From positions 864,001 through 928,000 of the forward strand of contig CAWKMU010000003.1 in NCBI GenBank assembly GCA_963850905.1: a stretch of 64,000 nt of DNA, given 5' to 3'. The position numbers and the translations under genes were made by a program. A model generated the notes under the pieces. It made no database searches. It worked only from the letters and a program-made list of their open reading frames with translations, and was not told where the DNA came from. This DNA comes from an uncultured Gemmatimonadales bacterium (GTDB lineage Bacteria > Gemmatimonadota > Gemmatimonadetes > Gemmatimonadales > Gemmatimonadaceae). Below are positions 1 to 9,914 of this stretch, in pieces (the stretch's first letter is position 1; each line of letters starts with the position of its first letter).

Positions 1-7
1 CCACCCG

Positions 8-1177
8 ATGACCCCAAGGGTTCCAACAGCCCCATCCGCAGATCTCGTCGTCATCGGCGGCGGGGTCATGGGCATGAGCTGCGCTTACCAGGTGGCAAGG
101 CGCGGGGTGCGGGTCACCGTCCTCGAGGCGGAAGAGATGCTCGGCACCGGGTCCACCGGACTCAACGCCGGTGGTTTCCGGCACCAGTTCTCGACGTCGG
201 TCAACATCGAGCTGTCGAAGGTGAGCCTGGCGATGCTCGAGCGGTTCGAGGAGGAATTCGAGCAGTCGGTCGCGCTCAATTTGTGCGGCTATCTGTTCCT
301 GATCGATGCAGCAGACGATGTCGCCGCATTCGAGCGAAACGTCGCACTGCAGCACGCGCACGGCGTCGCGACACGCTGGTTGACGCCGGATGACGTCACG
401 CGCCTCGCGCCGCAATGCGATGTGACCGGCATCATCGCGGCGACGTTCTACGATCGCGATGGCCTGGTCGATCCGAGCGGCGTGCTCCATGGCTACGCAA
501 GAGGAGCGAGCCGCGCAGGTGTCGCCGTGCGAACGGGCGCCCGAGTGACCGGCGCGCGCACACAGGGCGGCCGCATCGTCTCGCTCGAGACCACGATCGG
601 CGAGGTGAGCGGTGCAGCATTCCTCCTTGCGGCCGGACCGTGGTCCGGCGTCGTGGGCCGGTGTCTCGGGCTCGACATTCCGGTGCGGGCGATCCGGCGG
701 CAGATCGCGGTCACGGCCCCCATTGCGGGCATCACCCGTACCCTGCCCTTCCTCATCGATTTCGGCCAATCACTCTACTTTCATTACGAGAGTGGCGGCA
801 TCCTGACCGGCATGTCGAACCACAATGAGCCCCCGGGATTCGACACCTCCGTCGACGAAGCCTGGCGCGAGACCCATGTCGCTGCAGCCATTCGCCGACT
901 GCCACTGCTCGCGGATGCACAGATCGCGAGCGAGTGGGCGGGCCTCTACGAGGTCACCCCTGACGATCAACCCATCCTCGGTCGATTGCCTCAGCTCGAT
1001 AATCTCTACGCCTGCACGGGGTTCAGCGGCCATGGGCTGATGCACGGTCCGGCCGCGGGCCTCGTCATGGCAGAAGAGATCCTGGACGGCCGCGCCCACT
1101 CCGTCGACATCGCACCCGTGCGGTGGCGCACTTTTGGTGAGGGCGAGTACGGCGAGAGCGAATACAACGTAGTGTGA
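8..1177 (+). CDS. FAD-dependent oxidoreductase, DAO/sarcosine oxidase beta-subunit family
   Basis: N-terminal VIGGGVMG Rossmann motif, GSTGLNAGG, C-terminal WAGLYEVTPD..PILG and GFSGHG motifs. Confidence 0.9.
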   Translation: MTPRVPTAPSADLVVIGGGVMGMSCAYQVARRGVRVTVLEAEEMLGTGSTGLNAGGFRHQFSTSVNIELSKVSLAMLERFEEEFEQSVALNLCGYLFLIDAADDVAAFERNVALQHAHGVATRWLTPDDVTRLAPQCDVTGIIAATFYDRDGLVDPSGVLHGYARGASRAGVAVRTGARVTGARTQGGRIVSLETTIGEVSGAAFLLAAGPWSGVVGRCLGLDIPVRAIRRQIAVTAPIAGITRTLPFLIDFGQSLYFHYESGGILTGMSNHNEPPGFDTSVDEAWRETHVAAAIRRLPLLADAQIASEWAGLYEVTPDDQPILGRLPQLDNLYACTGFSGHGLMHGPAAGLVMAEEILDGRAHSVDIAPVRWRTFGEGEYGESEYNVV

Positions 1178-1305
1178 GGGGCTAGACGTTGGACGCTAGA
1201 CGTTAGACGTTAGAGACAAACCTCGGGGCCAGTGGCAGCGTAGCTGGCTGTCCCCGAGGTTTGTTCTCCAGCGTCCAGCACGTCCAGCGTCTAGCGTCCA
1301 GCCCC
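1178..1305. repeat. Palindromic intergenic element, GACGCTR-heptamer type
   Basis: Left arm (GYTRGAC)n, core ACAAACCTCGGGG...CCCCGAGGTTTGT, right arm (GTCYAGC)n. Confidence 0.9.
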
Positions 1306-1306
1306 C

Positions 1307-3055
1307 ATGCCATCAAAGAAAACCGTCCCCCTCCGTGGCAGCGCGAAGCAACCGCTCCCCAATGCTCGCGTCGTGGCGCCGGCGCCGGCCGACGAACGAC
1401 TCGAGGTGACTGTGCGACTGCGTCCTCGCACGCCACTCCCGGACGCGACATCGTTGCTGCAGCCGTCCACCGATCCAGCACCCATCCTGACTCGACAGGC
1501 CTACAACGCCCGCTACGGCGCGGATCCCAAGGACATTGCCCGCGTCCGTCGCTTTGCGAGTGCGCACCATTTGACCGTCGTGCGCGCGAGTGCGCCACGA
1601 CGCAGCGTGATGCTCTCTGGCACCGTCGCCGAGTTCAACAAGGCATTCCACGTCGATCTCCACACGTACGAGTATCCCGGCGGGACGTATCGAGGTCGCG
1701 TCGGCTCGATTCGGGTGCCGAGCGACCTCGCACCTGTCGTGGAAGGGATCTTCGGCTTGGACAATCGCCCCGTTGCGAGACGGCACTTCCGCATCGCGCG
1801 ATCGACAGCGCGACAGGCCAATGGCGCGCAGCCGTTCAATCCGCCGGACGTGGCGAAGTTGTACAACTACCCCGTGGGAGTCGACGGCACGGGGCAGACC
1901 GTGGGCATCATCGAGCTTGGCGGTGGCTATCGCGCGCAGGACCTGCAGGCGTACCTGGGAGGGCTCGGGTTGAGTTCTCCGACCGTGATACCGGTCTCCG
2001 TGGACGGCGCGACCAATTCGCCGAGCGGGGATCCGGGCAGTGACGACGGCGAGGTCGGTCTCGACATCGAGGTGATCGCCGCGGTAGCGCCCGGAGCGAA
2101 GATTGTGGTGTACTTCGCGCCCAACAGTCGCACATCGAAAGGATTCCTGGATGCCATCACGAAGGCTGTACACGATGACGCGAATGACCCGTCGGTGATC
2201 TCGATCAGCTGGGGAGGGCCGGAGGCAGGTCCCGGAGATGCCTTCCAAACGCAGTTCGATCAGGTGCTACAGTCCGCGGCGATGCTGGGCGTCACCGTGT
2301 GCATCGCGGCCGGGGACAACGGCGCCGCGGACATGGGTCCGAAAGCGTGGGACGGCCTTGCGCACGTCGACTTTCCGGCCGCGAGTCCGTTCGCGTTGGC
2401 GTGCGGCGGCACGCGCCTGGTCGCCACGGCGGGGGCGATTTCCGCGGAATCGGTCTGGAACCAGCACGCGGCGGACACGTCGGCCGACGCGGGACCCGAC
2501 GGCTCGTTCGGCGCGAGCGGGGGCGGAGTGAGCGGCGCATTTCCATTGCCTGCTTATCAAAATGCAGCGCAGGTGCCTCCGTCCCTCAATCCCCAGGGCT
2601 ACAAAGGGCGCGGCGTGCCCGACGTGACAGGCAACGGTGATCCCGCATCGGGCTACAACGTTCTCGTCGATGGAACGTCGTTCGTCGTCGGCGGTACGAG
2701 CGCGGTGGCACCGTTGTGGGCCGCGTTGGTCGCACGACTCAACCAGAAGCTTGGTGGACGCGTGGGGTTTCTCAACCCGCAGATCTACGCGGTCCCCATG
2801 GCGACAGGCGCATTGCACGACGTGACGGTCGGAGACAACCGTGTGAGCTACCAGACGCACAAGAACGTGGGATACAGCGCGGGCGCTGGTTGGGATGCCT
2901 GCAGTGGCCTCGGATCGCCCAATGGCGCCGTACTCGCGGCGCAGCTCACGGTGAGCAAGCCGGCGCGCGCAGCGTCGCCGAAGGCGGCTCGTCGCGCCCG
3001 GACCCCGGCCCGCGCGCGCAAACGCACACGCCCGAAGCGAGTGGTGCGCCGATGA
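1307..3055 (+). CDS. S53 family peptidase (kumamolisin/sedolisin-like) with pro-domain
   Basis: Pro-kumamolisin region; EVGLDIE, SISWGGPE, AAGDNG, GGTSAVAP and GWDACSGLGSP motifs. Confidence 0.93.
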   Translation: MPSKKTVPLRGSAKQPLPNARVVAPAPADERLEVTVRLRPRTPLPDATSLLQPSTDPAPILTRQAYNARYGADPKDIARVRRFASAHHLTVVRASAPRRSVMLSGTVAEFNKAFHVDLHTYEYPGGTYRGRVGSIRVPSDLAPVVEGIFGLDNRPVARRHFRIARSTARQANGAQPFNPPDVAKLYNYPVGVDGTGQTVGIIELGGGYRAQDLQAYLGGLGLSSPTVIPVSVDGATNSPSGDPGSDDGEVGLDIEVIAAVAPGAKIVVYFAPNSRTSKGFLDAITKAVHDDANDPSVISISWGGPEAGPGDAFQTQFDQVLQSAAMLGVTVCIAAGDNGAADMGPKAWDGLAHVDFPAASPFALACGGTRLVATAGAISAESVWNQHAADTSADAGPDGSFGASGGGVSGAFPLPAYQNAAQVPPSLNPQGYKGRGVPDVTGNGDPASGYNVLVDGTSFVVGGTSAVAPLWAALVARLNQKLGGRVGFLNPQIYAVPMATGALHDVTVGDNRVSYQTHKNVGYSAGAGWDACSGLGSPNGAVLAAQLTVSKPARAASPKAARRARTPARARKRTRPKRVVRR

Positions 3056-4233
3056 CTCGTTGGCTGTACCGCCTCACGACGATGACATTTGCCGCGGTCG
3101 CAGTCGCGGCGGCATCGACTGCGTGTTCTCACACATCGACCACCGAACCGGCCACGGGAGGAGGAGGATCCGGCTCGCACCCTCACTTGGTCGACACGTT
3201 CGCGTTCAACGTCGCCAGCGCCGACACGCCGTGGACGATCGGCATCGGAGACATCGCGACGTATCTGATCGGCGCGTCGCATGTCAGTGCGCGCGGCCGA
3301 CTGGCGGCCTATCCACCGTCGGGGGTTCGACCGCGCCTGTTGCTGGACACGATCACCGTGAATGATACGATCTCAGGCCCACCCTTTGGTACGAACTTGC
3401 AGAGGCCCAGCTCTCTGGCGTTCGATGGGAACGGCAACCTGTGGATGTCGGTCGGCGGCCGCCACGACTCTGGAAGCGTCATCGAGTACGTCCGCTCGCA
3501 AATCAACCAGAACGGCCGACAGACGCCAATGGTCACGCTGTCTGGCGCACACGCACCGCGGGGCCTCGCGTTCGATGCGAAGGGCTCTCTCCTGGTGGTC
3601 GACAGCTCGGCAGCCGCGTTGCTCGAGTACACGGGCATTGAGCTGACGACCAGCGGCCCCCCGGCTGATACCATCTCACTGAGCGGCATCACCGCTGCCG
3701 GCGCGACGTGGTCTCCCGTGGGCCTCGCAGTCGATCAACAGGGCAACGTGTGGGTGTCGGCTGTTCCGCGCACCCTTCCTGGTGGCCCCGCCGCCGACAG
3801 CGTGCCCGCGTACGTCGTCGCGAAGTTTACGACCATAGCGCTACAGGGTGGTGGCACGCCGGCGCCAGCACTGACGTTGGTTCAGACTGGGTCGAATCCC
3901 GCCGGATATGGGCCGGGTATGGCGTTCGATTCAGCAGGAGATCTCTGGACCGCGAACGCCGCTGCCACCAGCGTGACGGAGTTCACCGCGGCATCGCTCA
4001 CAGCCGGCGCAAACCCTGGTCCCTCGGTCACCATTACCGGGGCAACGCTGGCCGGCATAGCCGACATTGCCATCGATCCGGGCGACGTCCTCTACGTCGG
4101 CGGGAACGCGTTTGGCACTCCCGGCGAGGGGATGTTTGCGTATCGCCTCTCCCAGCTCACCGTCAGTGGCTCGCCAACTCCCGTGCTGAACTTCACGCCG
4201 CCGAATGGCTTGAATCATTTTGCGATAAGATAG
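3052..4233 (+). CDS. NHL/SMP-30-like beta-propeller lipoprotein
   Basis: ATG overlaps the upstream stop; lipobox-like STAC; repeated P.GLAFD..GNLW blades. Confidence 0.7.
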   Translation: MTRWLYRLTTMTFAAVAVAAASTACSHTSTTEPATGGGGSGSHPHLVDTFAFNVASADTPWTIGIGDIATYLIGASHVSARGRLAAYPPSGVRPRLLLDTITVNDTISGPPFGTNLQRPSSLAFDGNGNLWMSVGGRHDSGSVIEYVRSQINQNGRQTPMVTLSGAHAPRGLAFDAKGSLLVVDSSAAALLEYTGIELTTSGPPADTISLSGITAAGATWSPVGLAVDQQGNVWVSAVPRTLPGGPAADSVPAYVVAKFTTIALQGGGTPAPALTLVQTGSNPAGYGPGMAFDSAGDLWTANAAATSVTEFTAASLTAGANPGPSVTITGATLAGIADIAIDPGDVLYVGGNAFGTPGEGMFAYRLSQLTVSGSPTPVLNFTPPNGLNHFAIR

Positions 4234-4342
4234 ACGCTGGACGCTGGATGCTGGAAAGAAACCTCGGGGCCAGTAGCAGTGCACATCGCCGGCCCCGAGG
4301 TTTGTCTTCTAGCGTCCAGCGTCTAGCGTCTAGCGTCTAACG
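4231..4342. repeat. Palindromic intergenic element, GACGCTR type
   Basis: TAGACGCTGGACGCTGG..AAACCTCGGGGCCAG..GTGCAC..CCGGCCCCGAGGTTTGT..(TAGCGTC)n. Confidence 0.9.
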
Positions 4343-4378
4343 CACTAGGTTCACGTCTCCTCTATCCAGGACCCGTGG

Positions 4379-4870
4379 ATGCCATACCGTTCGCTCGCTC
4401 GTCGTGTCGCCATCACCCTAGCCGTTGTCGCAACCGCCGGCCCTCTCTCGGCCCAGACCACTGCACCGGCGAAGTTGATGGGCAGTTGGGTCATGGATAC
4501 GACGAACGGATCGGATGATCACGGCCTGCCCAAGAGCGAGAGCCTGGTGTTCTCACCTCAGCCGAACGGCTTCCATCTCGTCGCGACCTCGGACGATGGA
4601 AAAGGACCGGGCACGTCGACCTTCGATTGCGCACCCGGCGGGGCGTCGACGACACTCAGCCCGACGACGGTCATGTTGTGCACCATTCACCTGATGGCGG
4701 ACAGCGTCCTGTACACCGTGGACGTCCTGAACAACGGGCAGACCGTCTCGACGGAGCGCGGCCGACTCGTGGTCTCGCCGTCAGGCCAATCGCTGCGCGA
4801 CCAGTACGACGCAACCTCCGGATCCGCGAAGGCGACGCACCACCGGCATGTATATGTGAAGCAGCCGTAA
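4379..4870 (+). CDS. Secreted hypothetical protein (lipocalin-like, G.W motif)
   Basis: Signal peptide ending LSAQ; LMGSWVMD motif resembles the proteins at 58165 and 58668. Confidence 0.65.
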   Translation: MPYRSLARRVAITLAVVATAGPLSAQTTAPAKLMGSWVMDTTNGSDDHGLPKSESLVFSPQPNGFHLVATSDDGKGPGTSTFDCAPGGASTTLSPTTVMLCTIHLMADSVLYTVDVLNNGQTVSTERGRLVVSPSGQSLRDQYDATSGSAKATHHRHVYVKQP

Positions 4871-4873
4871 GCC

Positions 4874-6265
4874 TTACCGCCGAATCCGCATCACCCGCCT
4901 GCCAGTCGGCGCCACGAATGGCTTCACCCGTTCCCACTGGGGACCGACGAGTGGCACGCCGTCCGGTGGGGGATTGAACACCAGGCTGACCGGGTTGCTG
5001 GCGACCGAGATCGTGAAGCTGGGCTGACTCGCGCCGCCCACGGTGATCTGCGCCGCAGAGTACTCGATGACACTGGAGCTCGCCGACCCGAAGGCCCAGA
5101 GATCGCCGCTGTTGTCGAACGCGAACCCCGCCGGGGCGCCGACGCCAGCGGGGACGGTGAGAATCTCGGCCGGTGTCGGGCTACCGCTCGCGGTCTGCTG
5201 GGCATTGCCGAATTTGACGAATGAGTTGCCCGTCGAGTTGGCGACCCAGAGGTTGCCTTGCTCATCGAAGATGATCGCTCGCGGGCCGGCGATCGAGCCG
5301 TTCGTCGCCGTGAGCGTGACCGCAGGCGTGGGACTCCCGCTCGCGCCGAGCTGGCTCGGCGAAAACTCGGCGACCGTGTTCAACGCGGTATTCGGTACCC
5401 AGAGGTTCCCGTAAACATCGAAGGTGATGCGCCCGGGATTGCCGATGGCCGCACCACTCAGCGTCACAGCCGGCGTTACCGCGCCGCTGGCGGTGAGCTG
5501 ACTCGCTACGAACTCCGTGATCGTGTTGCTGTTGGCGTTGGAGATCCAGAGATCGCCGTTCCGGTCGAACACCATGCCAACGGGTCCGTTGAGCGCGGTG
5601 CTCGTGATGGCGACTACTGCTGACGGGGTCCCACTCGCCGCGAGCGAAGTCGGGGTGTATTCCGTCAGCGTGGTCGATGTCGAGTCGGCAACCCAGAGAT
5701 TGCTATTGATATCGAGCACTTGATACGGCCCCGTGATCGACAGCGTCGTGCTCGCTGCAGCGGCCGTGGTCAGCTCGGTGCTCGTGTAGCCGGCAGAGAT
5801 CGCCGAACCGCCGTTGGTACTGCCAATCCACGCGCGGCCGGTCCCGGCGACCCGCGCGAACGTCGCGCCCATCCGCGCCGTATCGGCATCGTTCAGGGTG
5901 ACCGGCGTCCCACTCACCGTTCCAACGTAAAACGGCGTCACAATGGGGTCGGTCGCGGTCGCTATCGGGTCCGACAGCGTATACGTCCCAGTGCCCAGGA
6001 GGGTGAGTGTATCGATTCCGCTCGCGTTGATCGGAACGAACACGGCATAGCCACTGCCGGGCGGACCGCCGACGACCGCACTCGCGGTGGTGCCCGGCGG
6101 TACAACGACCGTCGTGATGAGTGTACCCGTTGTGGCGGCGGTAGGCGCCGTGGAGCTGTGACAGGCCACCCCCATCGCGGCAACGCCGAGGAGCGGCAGC
6201 CAGAAACAATGAAAGGACGGGAGTGAATCGCGGCGCCGAGCGCCCACCAATGCGAAGTGAACCAT
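4874..6265 (-). CDS. NHL-repeat beta-propeller lipoprotein (start uncertain)
   Basis: Lipobox-like GVAC; about 5 repeats of SG.PTPAVTL..GP.G..FD..GNLWV.N. Confidence 0.75.
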   Translation of the reverse strand: MVHFALVGARRRDSLPSFHCFWLPLLGVAAMGVACHSSTAPTAATTGTLITTVVVPPGTTASAVVGGPPGSGYAVFVPINASGIDTLTLLGTGTYTLSDPIATATDPIVTPFYVGTVSGTPVTLNDADTARMGATFARVAGTGRAWIGSTNGGSAISAGYTSTELTTAAAASTTLSITGPYQVLDINSNLWVADSTSTTLTEYTPTSLAASGTPSAVVAITSTALNGPVGMVFDRNGDLWISNANSNTITEFVASQLTASGAVTPAVTLSGAAIGNPGRITFDVYGNLWVPNTALNTVAEFSPSQLGASGSPTPAVTLTATNGSIAGPRAIIFDEQGNLWVANSTGNSFVKFGNAQQTASGSPTPAEILTVPAGVGAPAGFAFDNSGDLWAFGSASSSVIEYSAAQITVGGASQPSFTISVASNPVSLVFNPPPDGVPLVGPQWERVKPFVAPTGRRVMRIRR

Positions 6266-6330
6266 ACGTAGGCGGAAAAGTTACACGGGGTTACACGCCT
6301 GCTGTAGTCGCAAAGATCGGGTTCCTCGTT

Positions 6331-6426
6331 CTGGGTTGTTGGGTCTGGGGACTCAGAGAATCTGGAGGGCTGATCACAGTACGCCGTGACCAGCCCTCGC
6401 AGTTTGTTCCGGACCCCTGACCCCTG
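6331..6426. repeat. Degenerate palindromic element, GGGGTCA/TGACCCC type
   Basis: GAGGGCTG...CAGCCCTC stem, GTTTGT, then CCCCTGACCCCTG. Confidence 0.6.
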
Positions 6427-6575
6427 CGGTTTACCCTACATCCGCCCCAAATCCGTCTGGTGCGACCAAAACACGCAGGACAGGCTGGTCAACGGTGCGC
6501 AGCGATTGCCCTTCGAGTGCTGTTGTAGGCGCCTAAACCCCGAGACCCCTAACCCCAGACCAGCAGGTTTCAGCG

Positions 6576-7517
6576 TCACCGCCCAATCACGGCCCCGATC
6601 TCCTGCAACACCCTCTGATCCAGCAGCACGTCATGCGGTGCGCCTGGGATCTCGACCAGATCCACGTGGGCGTCGCCGGCGGCCCGGAGACGTTGCACGT
6701 ACTCGCGGCTGAGTTGGGGCGGCGTGGTGTTGTCGGCCGAGCCCACGACGACGCGGACGACGGTATGAGAATCGACTCGGTCGGTGAGGTCGATCGGCGA
6801 GAGGCTCTCCACGGGGACGCGCCAGATGGGGTCGTGCTGGACGGAGTCCATGTGACGCCGCCATGCGGGCACGTCACAGGGACACGACACGAGGATCGCT
6901 CCACCAGTGACAAGCTTGGGATGTCGGCCAATGATGTCCGCGACGATCGCGGCGCCACCCGAGTGGCCGACAAGAAACACGCGGCCGGGGAGGTACGTGT
7001 CGGCCAGCGCCCCGATCGCCGCGGCGATCGCGTCGACGTCGTGCGCGGTGTAGTTGTCACCGATCGCGCGCCCGCGAATCCCGCTGGACCGGTGGCCGTC
7101 GCGGTCCGTATAGCCCGGCCGAAGCAAGCCAATGGCGATGACGTTCTCGATATCGCCCGTAATGCGCCGCGCGACCGCGTACTGATACTCCGGCCGCTCG
7201 AACGGCGAGTCGCCGTGCAGCACGACGACGAGATCTGGATTAGCCGTGAGGGACGCGCTCCGGTATTCCTCGAAGTGTAGGCACTCGGCGCCGCCACGGA
7301 CCCACTCTTCCTCCACCGTGCTCTGACAGGCCCTCGAGTCGCTCGAAGAACGACGTCGCCCGCCCACTATCCACCAGAGCCCGGCGACGAGCACGAGGAT
7401 CAGGAGTCCGCCGCCGACGCGCTGCGTGATCCGCATCCAGCGGGGTGTTGGCCGCGGCGCGTCCCCGTCGCCTGTCGGCCCGCGCGGCCGTTCCCGCTGC
7501 CTGCCTGCACTACCCAT
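6576..7517 (-). CDS. Alpha/beta hydrolase with N-terminal membrane anchor
   Basis: VVVLHGD, GHSGG nucleophile elbow, G.AD and H near the C-terminus. Confidence 0.8.
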   Translation of the reverse strand: MGSAGRQRERPRGPTGDGDAPRPTPRWMRITQRVGGGLLILVLVAGLWWIVGGRRRSSSDSRACQSTVEEEWVRGGAECLHFEEYRSASLTANPDLVVVLHGDSPFERPEYQYAVARRITGDIENVIAIGLLRPGYTDRDGHRSSGIRGRAIGDNYTAHDVDAIAAAIGALADTYLPGRVFLVGHSGGAAIVADIIGRHPKLVTGGAILVSCPCDVPAWRRHMDSVQHDPIWRVPVESLSPIDLTDRVDSHTVVRVVVGSADNTTPPQLSREYVQRLRAAGDAHVDLVEIPGAPHDVLLDQRVLQEIGAVIGR

Positions 7518-7656
7518 GACGCAGAATGCTTCGAGGTTCGAGTGTCGGTGGGTGGTCGGTTCGATTGCGGAGAAGAGGAGCGCATCCAATGTCCAAATGA
7601 ACTGCGTGAGCGATGAAAGTCGAGGCCCCGGTAGTCGACTGTCGCCTTACGGCACC

Positions 7657-8463
7657 GTGGTTTTCCCTTCATATTCGCCGCCTCTTCGACCCCACCAGAC
7701 CCTGTCCTCTCCGACACCGCTCCGAGACTTCGACGGACGCGTCGCTATCGTGACGGGCGCGGCGCGAGGCCTCGGCCGTGCCGCCGCTCAGCGACTCTAC
7801 GAGCGCGGCGCGGCCGTTGGTGTGCACGTCCGGGATCAGGCGCGCGCCGCAGCGGTATCGACGGCGCTCGGCGAGCGAGCGATCCCGCTTCCGGGCGATC
7901 TGGCCGAGGCGGGCGTCATCGACGGACTCGTTGCCCGCACCTTGGAGCGCTTCGGCAGGATCGACATCCTGGTGAATAACGCAGCCGTGGCGCTGCCAAC
8001 GCGCTTCGCGCAGCTGTCCGCGGACGAGTGGCGGCGCGCGCTCGAGGTGAACCTCACCGCGCCGTTCTTGCTGATCAAAGCGGTGCTGCCGGCGATGCAG
8101 GCACAGGGGTTTGGCCGCATCATCAACATCTCGTCCACCGCCGGACGCATGGTCAGCACGCTGGGGGGCGCGCATTACACGGCATCGAAAACCGGCCTCC
8201 TCGGCCTGACCAGAGCGGCGGCCAAGGAGCTGGGCAAATTCGGCATCACCGTCAACGCGGTCTGTCCCGGTATGATCGATACCGAGCTGACGCGCGAGAC
8301 GGCCACGCCGGAGCAGCTCAACCGCTTGGCCGCCGCGTATCCAGTCCCTCGGCTGGGCACCGCACGGGAAGTCGCCGATCTGATTTGCTTCGCCGCCTCG
8401 GATGCCGCCGGCTACATCACCGGCGCCGCGTTCGACATCAATGGCGGCGACCTCATGATGTAG
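7657..8463 (+). CDS. Short-chain dehydrogenase/reductase (FabG-like; start uncertain)
   Basis: TGAARGLG, NNAA, YTASK, NAVCPG. Confidence 0.9.
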   Translation: MVFPSYSPPLRPHQTLSSPTPLRDFDGRVAIVTGAARGLGRAAAQRLYERGAAVGVHVRDQARAAAVSTALGERAIPLPGDLAEAGVIDGLVARTLERFGRIDILVNNAAVALPTRFAQLSADEWRRALEVNLTAPFLLIKAVLPAMQAQGFGRIINISSTAGRMVSTLGGAHYTASKTGLLGLTRAAAKELGKFGITVNAVCPGMIDTELTRETATPEQLNRLAAAYPVPRLGTAREVADLICFAASDAAGYITGAAFDINGGDLMM

Positions 8464-8472
8464 GATGGATCA

Positions 8473-9765
8473 ATGAAAGACAGCAAACGCGTGCTCATCG
8501 CGCTCGTATTGGCCCTCGTACTCGGAGCGGCGATCGCTGCCTCAGGCAGTGCGTCATTGCTCAGCGCCGCCGACGCAATCGCGCCGGTCGGGGCCCTCTG
8601 GGTCAACGCGATTCGGATGACCGTGATCCCGCTCGTCGTGGCGCTGCTCATTACCGGCATTGCAACCACCTCGGGGCTGAGCGCGATCGGCCGCATCGGG
8701 GGCCGCACCATTGCCGTGTTCGGGCTGCTGCTCGTGGGGATTGCCACGATCATCGTACCGATTGTCGCCACGATCTTCGGGAGCGTGCTTGCTCGGTTGC
8801 CGATCCGGCCCGCATTGCCAGCGGGTGCGGCTCAAGCCGCGAGCGACCTCACGGCGGCGGGCGGCGCTCAGACCTTCGCGTCGTGGTTGGTGTCATTGGT
8901 GCCGACCAACCCGATCGCAGCGGCGGCGAACGGCGCCATGATCCCGCTGATCGTGTTCTCCGTCCTGCTCGCGCTCGCAATCGCGAAAAGTCCCCCCGAT
9001 GCTCGCGACCGGCTCGCCGGCTGGTTCGAGGCGTTGCGCGACGCAATGCTGGTCCTCGTCGGCTGGGTCGTCGCGGTTGCGCCGATAGGCGTGTTCGCAC
9101 TGCTGCTGCCCATCGCCGCGCGCGGCGGTGTGGCGCTCGCCGGTACGATCGGCGTCTATATCGTTTCATACTCGATCGCCCATCTTGTGGCGTCGTTGGC
9201 GACGTATCCGGCCGTCGCGTTGATCGCGCGCGTGCCCATCGCACAGTTTGCCCGGGCCGCACTCCCCGCGCAGCTCATTGGGTTCAGCTCGAGCTCCTCG
9301 ATCGCATCGTTGCCGGCCATGGTGGAGAGCGTCGAACGGGACCTTGCCGTCGAACCGGCAGTTTCGGGGTTCGTGTTGCCGCTCGCCGTATCGGTGTTCA
9401 AGTTCGCGGCGCCCTTGTCGTGGACGATGGGCGCGCTGTTCGTGGCGTGGTTCTACGGCATCCCGCTTCACGTGCGCGACATCGCCACGGTCGCAGCCGC
9501 CGGCGTGTTCCTGGCCTTTGCCGCGCCCGGGGTCCCGCGCGGAGCGTTTCTGATGCTGGCGCCGCTCTTCCTTGCGATCGGCCTCCCGATCGAAGGCCTG
9601 GGCATCCTCATCGCGATCGACGCGATTCCTGACCTGTTCGCGACGATTCTCAACGTGACGGGCGATCTCGCCGCGACCGTGTTGGTCGCGCGGTTCGGCA
9701 AGAAGGAGGCAGTGGCGCCCCTTTCGGACGTGGTCGATCAGCAACGCTCGACCGTGGGTGCGTAG
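8473..9765 (+). CDS. Dicarboxylate/amino acid:cation symporter (DAACS/GltP family)
   Basis: VPTNPI, FSSSSS.ASLP and T.LNVTGD motifs; multiple TM helices. Confidence 0.9.
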   Translation: MKDSKRVLIALVLALVLGAAIAASGSASLLSAADAIAPVGALWVNAIRMTVIPLVVALLITGIATTSGLSAIGRIGGRTIAVFGLLLVGIATIIVPIVATIFGSVLARLPIRPALPAGAAQAASDLTAAGGAQTFASWLVSLVPTNPIAAAANGAMIPLIVFSVLLALAIAKSPPDARDRLAGWFEALRDAMLVLVGWVVAVAPIGVFALLLPIAARGGVALAGTIGVYIVSYSIAHLVASLATYPAVALIARVPIAQFARAALPAQLIGFSSSSSIASLPAMVESVERDLAVEPAVSGFVLPLAVSVFKFAAPLSWTMGALFVAWFYGIPLHVRDIATVAAAGVFLAFAAPGVPRGAFLMLAPLFLAIGLPIEGLGILIAIDAIPDLFATILNVTGDLAATVLVARFGKKEAVAPLSDVVDQQRSTVGA

Positions 9766-9914
9766 CAGGAGTCACCGGTCAGCGGGGCAGGGTTGCTGTT
9801 GCCGGCACGGACGCGCGAAGAACTTTCTAGAAACATCTGGCTAACGACCTCGGCTGTAACGTATGTTTGGGCCGATCCGCCGGAGTGCGCACGGTCCTCG
9901 GCGTCGGAGGTCGG

